64,000 nucleotides of DNA from positions 62,001 to 126,000 of the forward strand of contig JAXLNO010003758.1 in the NCBI GenBank assembly GCA_038087875.1. The letters run 5' to 3'. The notes below the pieces were generated by a model. That model had not been told where the DNA came from, did not search any database, and saw only the letters and a program-made list of their open reading frames with translations. Positions 37,026 through 47,439 of the stretch are shown here, piece by piece (the first letter of the stretch is position 1; each line of letters opens with the position of its first letter). A program made the position numbers and the translations under genes. The DNA is from Malacoraja senta. Taxonomy: Eukaryota.

Positions 37026-38169
37026 TTTCATGACCTCACTATCTCCATCGCAGGTGATAGACTCCTTACCGACATCCACTACAAACCTACCGACTCCCAT
37101 GGCTATCTGGACTACACTTCTTCCCACCCTGCTTCCTGTAAGGACTCCATCCCCCACTCCCAATTCCTCCGTCTACGCCGCATCTGCTCCCAGGATGAGG
37201 CGTTCCACACCAGGGCATCTGAAATGTCCTCATTCTTCAGGGAACGGGGGTTCCCCTCCTCCACCATAGATGAGGCTCGCACCAGGGTCTCTGCCATACC
37301 CCGCAACACTGCTCTCTCTCCCCACCCCCCCACTCACAACAAAGGCAGAGTCCCCCTAGTCCTCACCTTTCACCCCACCAGCCGTCACATACAACAAGTG
37401 ATCCTCCGTCAGTTTCGCCACCTCCAACGTGACCCCACCACTCGCCACATCTTCCCATCTCCCCCTATGTCTGCCTTCCGCAAAGACCGCTCCCTCCGTA
37501 ACTCCCTTGTCAATTCTTCCCTTCCCTCCCATACCACCGCCTCCCCTGGTACTTTCCCTTGCAACCGCAAGAGATGCAACACTTGTCCCTTCACTTCCCC
37601 CCTCCACTCCATTCAAGGACCCAAGCAGTCGTTCCAAGTGCGACAGAGGTTCACCTGCATCTCCTCCAACCTCATCTATTGCATTCGCTGCTCTAGATGC
37701 CAGCTGATCTACATCGGTGAGACCAAGCGGAGGCTTGGCGATCGTTTCGCCGAACACCTCCGGTCGGTCCGCAATAACCAACCTGAACTCCCGGTGGCTC
37801 AGCACTTCAACTCCCCCTCCCATTCCGTATCTGACCTCTCTGTCCTGGGTCTCCTCCATGGCCACAGCGAGCAACACCGTAAATTGGAGGAAATGCACCT
37901 CATATTCCGCTTGGGCATTCTACATCCTGGTGGCCTGAACATTGAATTCTCCCAATTCTGCTAGCCCTGGCTGTCCCCTCCCCTTCATCAGCCATCTGGT
38001 TGTCTCCTCCCCTCCCCCAGCCCTCGGGCTCCTCCTCCGCCTTTTCCTTTTTTTCTTTCTTCTCCCCACCCCCTATCAGTCTGAAGAAGGGTTTCGGCCC
38101 AAAACGTTACCTATTTCCTTCGCTCCATAGATGCTGCTGCACCCGCTGAGTTTCTCCAGCATTTTTGTG
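37026..38169 (+). mobile_element. 5'-truncated Penelope-like element: RT thumb, GIY-YIG endonuclease and pLTR with hammerhead motif
   Basis: TDIHYKPTD..SSHP..SQFLRLRRICS; C..C, NLIYCIRC, YIGET, RFAEH, HFN, GLN. 12-bp TSD TGCCTACTTTCA (37014-37025 and 38170-38181). Confidence 0.95.
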
Positions 38170-38512
38170 TGCCTACTTTCAATGACTGGTGTACCATGAC
38201 ACCCAGGTCTCGTTGCATCTCCCCTTTTCCTAATCGGCCACCATTCAGATAATAGTCTACTTTCCTGTTTTGGCCACCAAAGTGGATAACCTCACATTTA
38301 TCCACATTATACTGCATCTGCCATGCATTTGCCCACTCACCCAACCTATCCAATTCACCTTTCAGCCTCCTAGCATCCTCCTCACAGCTAACACTGCCCC
38401 CCAGCTTCGTGTCATCCGCAAACTTGGAGATGTTGCATTCAATTCCCTCATCCAGATCATTAATATATATTGTAAATAGCTGGGGTCCCAGCACACAGCA
38501 CCTCACTAGTCA

Positions 38513-38602
38513 CTGAAGAAGGGTTTTGGCCCGAAACGTTACCTATTTCCATCGCTCCATAGATGCTGCTGCACCCGCTGAGTTTCTCCAGCATTTTTGT
38601 GT
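38513..38602 (+). repeat. Penelope pLTR-derived repeat with intact hammerhead core, 15-bp TSD
   Basis: CTGAAGA-A-GGGT-TTTG-GCCC-GAAAC-GTT; TSD ACCTCACTAGTCACT at 38500-38514 and 38603-38617. Confidence 0.85.
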
Positions 38603-39159
38603 ACCTCACTAGTCACTGCCTGCCATTCTGAAAAGGACCCGTTTCCTCCTACTCTTTGCTTCCTGTCGGCCAGCCAGTTCTCTATCCACATCAATACTGA
38701 ACACCCAATACCGTGTGCTTTAAGTTAGCATACTAATCTCTTATGTGGAACCTTATCGAAAGCCTTCTGAAAGTCCAGATATAACACATCCACTGGTTCT
38801 CCCTGATCCACTCTACTAGTTGCATCCTCGAAAAATTCTATAAGATTCGTCAGACATGATTTACCTTTCATAAATCCATGCTGACTTTGTCCAATGATTT
38901 CACCACTTTTCAAATGTGCTGCTATCCCATCTTTAATAACTGACTCTAGCAGTTTCCCCACTAACTGGTCTGTAATTCCCCGTTTTCTCTCTCCCTCCCT
39001 TTTTAAAAAGTGGGGTTACATTAGCTACCCTCCAATCCTCAGGAACTACTCCAGAATCTAAAGAGTTTTGAAAAATTTTCACTAATGCATCCACTATTTC
39101 TGGGGCTACTTCCTTAAGTACTCTGGGATGCAGCCTATCTGGCCCTGGGGATTTATCGG

Positions 39160-40395
39160 CCTCTCCTCCCCTCTCCATCCTTACTTCTCCTCTCCTTTAC
39201 ATACATCTCCTCTTTCCCATCCTCCCTTCACCTCTCCACACATCCTCTCCTCCCCTCCCCTCTCGTCTCTTCTAAACTCCCCTCATCCACTCTCCTCTTC
39301 CCTCCCATCTCCCCTCCTCTCTCCTTCCATCATCCCCTCCTCTCCTCTCCACACCACCTCTCTTCTCCCCTCCTCCACTCCTCACATCTCCCCTCTTCAC
39401 TCTCCTCTCACCTCCACTCCCCTCCTCCCCTCCATTCTCCCCTCCTCGCCTACATTCTCCCCTACTCTCCTCTCCTCTACCCCTACACTCCCTCTCCCTG
39501 TCGCCTCTCTCCCCCTCTCCTGCCATTCTCTCCTCTCCTCTACCCTCTCCTCTACCCTGTCCTCTCTTCTACCCTCTCCTCCCCCTCCCCCCCCCATCTT
39601 CTCTCCTCCCTCTTCTCTCCTCTCCCTCCTACCTTCTACTCTCCTCCTTTCTCTTCTCCCCTCTCCCCCCTTCTCCTCCTCTCTCCTCTCCCCTACTCTG
39701 CCTCCCTCACCTCCCTTCTCTCCTCTCACCCCACCCCCTCCACTCCTATACTTTCCACTCTTCTATCCCCTCCCCTACTCTTCACCCCTCCTCTCAACTC
39801 TCCTCCCCTCCCCATCCTTATTTCTCCTCTCCTTTACTTTCCTCTTCTCTCTCCCCTCCCCTCCTCTGCCCTCTTCACTCCTCCCCTCACCCCTTCTCCC
39901 CTCTCTGCTTCTCTCTCCCCCTCCCTTCAAATCCAGCACCAAAGATAATATAGTGGAGGTGAGAGATTGTTCTCTACTCTCCTCTTCCCTCTCTCTCCTC
40001 TCCTGCCCTCCCCTCTCCCCTCATCCCCACATCTCCTCTCTTTTCTTCCCCTCTCCTCCCCTGCTCTCTGCTACCTCCCTCTCTCCTCTCCTTTCTCCCC
40101 CTCTCCCCTCTCCTCACCTCTCCTCTTGCCCCTCCCCTCCCCTCCCCTCTGCTCTTCTCTCCCCTCCCCTCTCCTCTCTCCTCCTACCCGCTCCTCTGCA
40201 CCCCTTCTCCCCTTATCTCTCATCCCCTCTCTCTCCCCTCAAAACCAGCACCAAAAATAATTGCAATATGGACTAGGTGAGAGATTGTCTCCTCTGCTCT
40301 CCCCTCCTCTCCCCTCTCTTCACCCTTCCCCTCTCCTCTCCCTCCCCTTCACTCCCCTCTTCCCTCCCCTCCATTCCTCTCTTCTCTCCTCTTTT
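39160..40395. repeat. ~1.2-kb polypyrimidine (CT-rich) low-complexity tract with an embedded ~55-bp recurrent motif
   Basis: Nearly purine-free + strand; CAAA.CCAGCACCAAA.ATAAT...GGTGAGA at about 39925, 40238 and 41019. Confidence 0.95.
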
Positions 40396-40975
40396 TCTTT
40401 CCTTTCCAAAAACTTTATTAAGCACAAACACATGATACATCAAAAACACAATCAGAAGTTACAATGTATCAAATAATCATTATAGTACAATGATGCATTC
40501 ATTATTTACGATACTCTCAACCCCATGTGGTGACCAGCGCCCACGGAAGGCATCCAGAGTCCCCAAGGACACCACGTGTTCCCTCTCCAGGGACCCGCGA
40601 GCACGTATGTAGGCCCGGAAGAGGGGTAGACAGCCGACTCTAGCATGACCATCGACCGCCCACTGCCTGGACCCACGAATGGCCATCTTGGCCAGGCCCA
40701 GGAGCAAACCGACAGGGAGGTCCCACCCCCCGATCGGCTCTCCTCACTCCCTGCCTTGTGTCCAAGCACTAGAATCATGGGACTAAAATGCAACCAGAAC
40801 TTGAGGAACAACCCCTTCAGATATTGGTGCAGGGGCAGTAACCTCTCACACTCCATATACGCGTGGAACACGGTTTCCTCCTCACCACAGAAAATACAGG
40901 CGGCCGACGAGCCCGTGATCCGACTCAAAAGTTCATTACACGCCACCACACTCTCCATCCCAGGTCCCCAATGTA
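40390..40975 (-). mobile_element. Tx1/L1-clade ORF2 3' fragment
   Basis: CIFCGEEETVFHAYMECERL..; CLPLFRAYIRAR.SLEREH..; T-rich tail on +. Confidence 0.8.
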
Positions 40976-41065
40976 AAGGGGCTCCCCTCTCCTCCCTGCT
41001 TCTCTCTCTCCTCTCCCATCAAATCAAGCACCAAAGATAATTGTAATATAGTGGAGGTGAGAATA

Positions 41066-41721
41066 TTATGACTGCTTCCTACGCAGTTGAAGACTTTGAT
41101 CTCCGGGCTCTGATAGTTTCAATTCTGACACAAACGTTATCACCCTCCACAATAAGTGTTTGAAAGCAAAATCAGCTCATGTGGCTCAAGTGACTGAGTG
41201 TGTAAACAGTGCACACACGTGAGTGAGCTGAGTGGAACTAGACTCATGATGCTGCTTCAGAGGACAAGTGGCAGTGCAGGTCAGTCAGCGGCAATGAATG
41301 AATGAATCATTCTCTTCCTCCCCCAATGATTCTGAAGTGAAACGGGAAAATACATCTAATGCAGAATTTCATCCCAATCTGCAGCAGGAGGGGGACCTTG
41401 ATACTTCTAACCATTTATGATTTGCTCTGCTGTCGCTGGAGAGTCAGCCACTAATTTATTTCAGATAGTTTCTATCAATTACTGAAACGCCTCAAAGTCT
41501 TCACTGGAGCACAGTCACACCAAACTGACACTAGTCTGTAGCCATTTTGCTACAGGTATGTAGTTGCGTACTGGCCAGAACAGATATGATGACACATTCC
41601 CTTCCATGAAGTGCAGCAGTGAACTATCGACATGCGTCACCACCAACGGAAGCATTTTACGTCAGAATGCATTTATTAATAAAATTGAAATTCCCAGATC
41701 ATGGGTTGGAATTTTGAGCTC
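41066..41721 (-). repeat. Inverted copy of 32532-33186
   Basis: See partner feature at 32532-33186. Confidence 0.92.
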
Positions 41722-42335
41722 ATGTCGATGCGGGGGATGAATCTGCTTTGGTGCTTGTGAGCAACACTGCAACGTGACACAGCAAGTGGTACAAAGGTGA
41801 AAGGAGTGCAGGCTTATGTGCCCAGAGTTGGAAGAATGACACCTTTACAGAAGGTTGTGTTTGTGGTAAAGTTTTCAGAGATGGTGAGACACATGGTCAG
41901 AGTAAGACTGCGATATCAGCATGTGACATTCTTAAACCGAGGGAATCCCAGGCTTGGCCTACAAGGAGAAAAGTAGCGTTTCTCATTCATGTTGCTCAGT
42001 ATTACTAATCGATGCTGCAGGGGTTCCAAGCAAAGCACATATCAAATTGTGCCCCTGTAATATACCAGCTGATCATGGTGATGGGAAAGAGAGTCAAATC
42101 CCAGTTGACGGCTCCTTTGTTCTGGGTTTTTTTCAGTCAAAGCACCCAACCTGCTATTTAACACGAGTTTTTCTGCTATTCTGTTTTCAATAATCTAGCC
42201 AGTGTATAGTTTGATCTGCCATTGGTCAGTCTTTTATGTGATGACATAAACATCTTAAAGTTCTTTTATAAGACACCTGTTTGGATTTCTACCCTGGCTT
42301 TCCATAAAGAGCCTGTCCCAATTACGCAATTTTGA

Positions 42336-42694
42336 TACAATGATACAATTTATTTGTTGTCATTTGAACCTAAGTTCAAACGAAATTTGGTTTCTGCAGT
42401 CATGCAAACAAGTACAAAGAACCAAGACACAACACAATTTACACACAAACATCCATCACAGTAAATCTCCTCCTCACTGTGATGGAAGGCAAAGTCTTGT
42501 CTCTCCCCTGCTCTCCTCATTCTCCTCCCGATGTCAAAGTCAAAGCCCCCAGCGGGCGATGGTAAGTCCCGCGGCCATTAAAGCCGCGCCGGGCGATGCA
42601 AGGCCGCGCTCCGGGTCTTGATGTTGGAGCCCTTGGCGGGCGCTAGCAAGTCCCCGCAACTCGGGCGGGAGAAGTTGCCGTTGCGGGAGCTCCG
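42336..42694 (-). mobile_element. SINE-like element with Rex1/Babar-like 3' end
   Basis: (GATACAAT) tail, AACGAAATTTGGTT, and CTCCTCACTGTGATGG shared with 16970-17575. Confidence 0.6.
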
Positions 42695-42983
42695 AAATTT
42701 TTTTCTGCAACTACCGGCACCCGTCATAGTCGGGTAAAATTTTCAACATGTTGAAAATCCAACGGTGACCAGAAGACTCTACGACTCTTTGGGAGACCGA
42801 GGAGACTACTCATGACCATACTGGCGACATGTCGCGGGGTGAAGCCTGTATGGTCGTGAGTAGTTGCCAAAAGAGTCGTACCTTGTTCTGGATTTTCAAC
42901 ATGTTGAACATTTTCGGCCACCTGTAACGACCAATGACGGGTGCTGGCAGTCGTTGAAATAGTTGCGTAAGTGGGACAGGCCC
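42695..42983. mobile_element. Palindromic Harbinger-like MITE fragment
   Basis: Internal inverted repeats; terminus AGTGGGACAGGCCC. Confidence 0.55.
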
Positions 42984-43026
42984 TTGAGGAAGAGGGTCTC
43001 ACATCTACTTTGCTCCTCTGTTCCAG

Positions 43027-43344
43027 TTGAAACAAAAAGACTCAAGGTCAGCCTGCTGCCTCCAGCTCATCAAGAGACCACACGTAGCCACACAGCCACC
43101 CTCGAATGTGTGCTCTCTGGTTTCTACCCGGACCTCATAAACGTCACTTGGGAGAAAGACGGAGCCCCGATCTCCTCCACCACCAACGCTACACCGACTG
43201 CTCTGGAGCAGGGGGGGACTTTCAGTGCTTGCCACTTCCTGACTGTGAGTTCAGAGGATTGGAAGAAAGGCTCAGTCTTCGGCTGTACAGTGTCTCATCC
43301 CCCCTCGAACACCAGTATCAGTCGGGAAGTGAAAAGCTTTCAAG
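43027..43344 (+). CDS. Immunoglobulin heavy-chain constant (C1-set) exon, IgNAR C3 / IgW CH4-like
   Basis: Pyrimidine tract plus AG at 43025-43026; 318-nt phase-1 exon. (V)ETKRLKVSLLPP..ATLECVLSGFYPDLINVTWEKD..PTALEQGGTFS..L..EDWKKGSVFGCTVSHPPS. Both Cys and both Trp are present; the PTALEQ and SHPPS motifs resemble shark IgNAR C3 (recalled, not searched). Confidence 0.88.
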
Positions 43345-43484
43345 GCACGGTGCTGGGATTCACTTTAATGAACACATCTTTTACCCCGTCACAAAATAGG
43401 GCCAGGCAAGTTTAGCACTGAAGGACAGGTGTTGCAGTGTGTGAGTGAGTGAGTGATAACCAAGAGGCCTAGACTAGGGTCAAG

Positions 43485-43925
43485 AAGAGTGAAGAGTGTT
43501 TTATTGTCATATGCCCCAGACAGGACAATGCATTTCATGCTTGCTGCAGCACAACAGAATATGTGAATATGTAAACATAGTACATAACGGGGGAAGAGAA
43601 AAATAGAAAAAGATCAATAAATAACAAATAGTGCAAATAACAAATAATAATATAATCTTTTGCAGTTCAGAGCTCAGAGCTTATTCGTTGTGTTTAATAG
43701 CCTGATGGCTGCAGGGAAGTAGCTGTTCCTGTACCTGGACATTACAGTTTTCAGGCTCCTGTAACTGCTTCCTGATGGCAATGGTGAGATGAGTGTGTGG
43801 CCAGGATGGTGAGATCCCTTCGACGGTCAAAGCCGGCGATGAACTGGGCAGTAGTCACAACTTTTGTAGTCTTTTTCGCTCCTGGACGTTCAAGTTGCCG
43901 AACCAGGCCACGATGCAACCAGAAC
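43485..43925 (-). mobile_element. Rex1/Babar-type LINE 3' fragment
   Basis: Reverse-complement homologue of 45180-45660. Confidence 0.7.
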
Positions 43926-44339
43926 TAGGGCACAATGCTAAATATCTCTGTACTTTTACATCTTCAGTTTATTCTAAAACTGCTCAGTAGCCAGGACACT
44001 GAGAAGACCAAGCCTGCTGTTCTTCAAAATTAGTGTCACAGGGTCAGTCCACTCATTGTTGTCAGCCCTCTGTGTGTGGCATCTCAGTCTAGTTGGCTTG
44101 CTGCTAATTTGAAGAGTGGAGTTGAGTATTTGTACTTGTACAATTGTTTGTCGACACTGGAAAAGAGGTCCATCAGAAAGTCCATTGAGTGGATGGAGCT
44201 GGGTACAAGCGTGTTGGCATTGGAGTGATCATGGAGTCATAGATTTATACAGGACGGTAACAGGCCCTTCGGCTCAGCTTGCCTTTGCCAACCAAGTGCC
44301 CGATCTACACTAGTCCCGTCTCCCCGTGTTTGGCCTAAA

Positions 44340-44720
44340 TCACTGATCATCTCATGTTCATGTGATAGGAGCAGAATTAGGCCATTCAGCCCATCAAGTC
44401 TACTCTGCCATTCAATCATGGCTGATCTATCTCGCCTTCCTAACCCCATTCTCTTGCCTTCTCCCCTTGACACCAATACTAATCAAGAATCAATCTATCT
44501 CTGCTTTAAAAATACCCATTGAGTGGGCCTCCACAGCCTTCTGTGGCAATGACTTCCTCAGATTCACTACCCTGTGACAAAACAAATTCCTCCTCATCTT
44601 CCTAGAGGAACCTCCTTTAATTCTGAGGCTATGGTCCTCGACTCTCCCACCAGTGGAATCATCCTCTTTACATCCGCTCAGTCCAGGCCTTTCACTATTC
44701 GTCCTATCCATGTACCTGTC
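44340..44720 (-). mobile_element. CR1 3'-end fragments
   Basis: HSLRIKGG..RNLFCHRVVNL..SLPQKAVEA; CR1 tail. Confidence 0.75.
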
Positions 44721-45179
44721 CAAATAACTTTAAAACATTGTCATAGTTTCTGCGTCAACTACCTCCTCCTGCAGCACATTCCATGTACCCAGTGCCCTCT
44801 GTGTGAAAAGGTTGCCCCTCAGATTCCCATTAAATCTGTCCCCCCTCACTTTAAACCCATGCCCTGGTTCTTGATTGCACTACTCTGGGTGAAGGAGCCT
44901 GGTTGTACATACGTGTGTCTAACCATCTCCTGCACTCTGTCAAATGTGGTTATCTCCTCTTGTGATATTGTGCCGATAGTAACAAGACCAGGCTGTGGTT
45001 AGTTGAGCAGTTGCTACTCTTGAGGAAAGGGAATGTCTCTCCAGAAAGTCACTGCTATGCAGTGTCTTGTGCAGACTGGTGTTCCAGGGTTCACATTACT
45101 CAGCCAGGGAGAGAACGTCAACTGAGAATGAAAATGGATTCCAGACCAAATTCATATCAAACATCATTTTTTGGTTAAA

Positions 45180-45662
45180 CATAACTGGTTGCATCATGGC
45201 TTGGTTCGGCAACTTGAACGTCCAGGAGCGGAAAAGAATGCAGAAAGTTGTGACCACTGCCCAGTCCATCATCGACTCTGACCTCCCTACCATCGAAGGG
45301 ATCTATCGCAGTCGCTGCCTCAAAAAGGCTGCCAGCATCATCAAAGATCCACACCATCCTGGCCACTCACTCATCTCTCCGTTGCCATCAGGAAGAAGAT
45401 ACAGGAGCTTGAAATCTGGAACATCGAGGTTCAGGAACAGCTACTTCCCCACAGCCATCAAACAAACTCTGAACAATAACAGCCTATTGCACTTTATCTG
45501 TTTATTTATTGTGTATATATATGTATATATATATGGTCTATAGACACACTGAACTTTTATCTCCTGTTCTGTATTATGTTTACATATTCTGTTGTGCTGC
45601 AGCAAGCAAGAATTTCATTGTCCTATCTGGGACACATGACAATAAAACTCTCTTGACTCTTG
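45180..45662 (+). mobile_element. Rex1/Babar-type LINE 3' end
   Basis: GCIMAWFGN..QKVVTTAQSII..KDPHHPGH..LPSGRRYRS..RFRNSYFPTAI; CTCTTGA tail. Confidence 0.85.
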
Positions 45663-46473
45663 AAATATCAATTACCAAAGTTTCAGAGAACTTGCAGTTA
45701 CTATGATAACATCTTTGTGTCAGGTCTGATCCTGCATGAAACCTGCAGAGACCCCACAAGAGGCTACATGTGTGTTTGTGTCAATGTAACCTATCAATGT
45801 TCAATAAAGAATATACATGTAGTGTTGGTGTTGGTGTTCCCTGTTGGTGCGTTTTGGGAGGTGTTGCCAAGTTGGTGGGGAACAGGTGACCTGGATCTAA
45901 GATTGCACATTGTCTTTCTACAGATTATGTAAATATACATGTATTAGTCTCCTCCGTCCAAAGAATAGAACATTCTGAAGGAGGGTCTCGACCCGAAATG
46001 TCACCCATTCCTTCTATCCAGAGATGCTGCATGTCCTACAGAGTTTTGTGTCTATCTTTGGTGTAAACCAGCATCTGCAGTTCCTTCCCACACATTCGTG
46101 ATGAACCTTTCTGGTCTTTAAAATATTCAAAGCTAATGAACAGGGAAAGGAGTTTTGATCATCTTTGTGAATGCATTTGATAAACTCATTCAGAAAGTGG
46201 AAAGTTACAGAAGGAAGGGCCAGTGATGAGCTTTGCCTGTGGCAACGTGTTCAGGGCTGAAGCTATTCACTATATTTATTGATAGTTGAGATGTCGGATA
46301 GAAAGCCACACGACCAAGTTTGCCGCTCACACAAGGCAAGCAGAAGTGTCAACAGAGCATCTGGATGGTATCCTTGCTGAGATAAGGATAAATGAAGTGA
46401 ATGGGCAAATCTGTGGCAAGAACCAGCTCTTTAAATGTGTGTGGACCACACCCAAATACACAATAGACAATAG

Positions 46474-46715
46474 GTGCAGGAGTAGGCCATATGGCCCTTC
46501 GATCCAGCACCGCCATTCAATGTGATCATGGCTGATCATCCCCAATCAGTACCCTGTTCCTGCCTTCTCCCCATATCCCCTGACTCCGCTATCTTTAAGA
46601 GCCCTGTCTAGCTCTCTCTTGAAAGTGTCCAGAGAACCAGCCTCGACCGCCCTCTGAGGCAGAGAAGTCCACAGACTCACAACACTCTGAAAAAGTGTTT
46701 CCTTGTCTCCGTTCT
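46474..46715 (-). mobile_element. CR1 3'-end fragment
   Basis: CAATAGACAATAGGTGCAGGAG tail; RVVSLW-like sequence. Confidence 0.75.
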
Positions 46716-46849
46716 AAATGGAGGGGGGGAGGGAGAGCGGGAGGGAGGGAGACGGGGAGACGGGGAGGGGGGAGGGGGGAGGGAGGGGAGGGAGGGAGAC
46801 GGGGGAGGGGGTAGGGAGGGAGGTCAACATTACCACAAGTCGCGTTTGG

Positions 46850-46994
46850 CATCAGCAAATGGCGGCCGTGACGTGACAACGTGACTACGTCAGACGATTG
46901 GTCCATCTTGCTCCTCTAGTAACTTTGGGCGGGATCGACTACATTTCCCGGCGCGCTTTGCGGCACAGCGGCCATCTACAGTGGAAGCGGGAAG
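46850..46994 (+). promoter_or_regulatory. CpG-rich housekeeping-type promoter (candidate)
   Basis: YY1-like CAAATGGCGGCC 46856-46867; CRE half-sites 46869 and 46887; inverted CCAAT 46897; GC box 46927; ZNF143/SBS ACTACATTTCCC 46938-46949; reverse YY1-like GCGGCCATCT 46968-46977. Confidence 0.65.
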
Positions 46995-47075
46995 ATGTCG
47001 TCGTCGGGGAGACTGCAGAAGGACGACATCGGCACCAAGATCGGCCGCCTGGCTCGTCGTGTGGAGGAACTCGAG
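46995..47075 (+). CDS. Candidate first coding exon of an unidentified protein (MSSSGRLQKDDIGTKIGRLARRVEELE)
   Basis: GGGAAGATG start context directly after the promoter motifs; GAG|GTGAAA possible donor; heptad-like C-terminal half. No downstream exon identified. Confidence 0.45.
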
Positions 47076-47439
47076 GTGAAAACAAGAAAGGCCGTGGTGG
47101 AGACAGAGGGGGAGAGACGAGTGGCGAGGGGAGCAGTGGATGGGGAGGTGAGGGAGAGGGAGGTGAGGGAGAGGGAGGTGAGGGGTAGGGGGAGGTGAGG
47201 GGTAGGGGGAGGTGAGGGGTAGGGGTAGGGGAGAGAAGCAGAGGGAATGGGGAAGGAGTGGAGGGGAGGAAGAGGTGAGGGGTAGGGGAGAGAAGGAGAG
47301 GGACTGGGGAAGGAGTGGAGGGGAGAGGGGATCATGGTTGAATTCAAATTGAGTTTATTGACATGCACAAGTATGGATAAAACAAGATATTAGTACAACA
47401 GATATTGAGGAAAAAAGAATGTCTACTTATGCAATATCA

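Larger units (their letters stand above)
36342..39160 (-). mobile_element. CR1-B RT/3' fragment, host of a Penelope insertion and a pLTR repeat
   Basis: Continuous CR1 RT across the TSDs at 37014/38170 and 38500/38603. Confidence 0.88.

Noticed and set aside
39128-40276. 382-aa ORF rich in S/P/L (and antisense G/E/R ORFs)
   Set aside because: Translation of a CT-rich low-complexity tract; no codon or domain structure.
39160-40395. Ig class-switch region
   Set aside because: C-rich on the Ig sense strand (opposite to S regions), lacks AGCT repeats, and cartilaginous fish lack canonical S regions.
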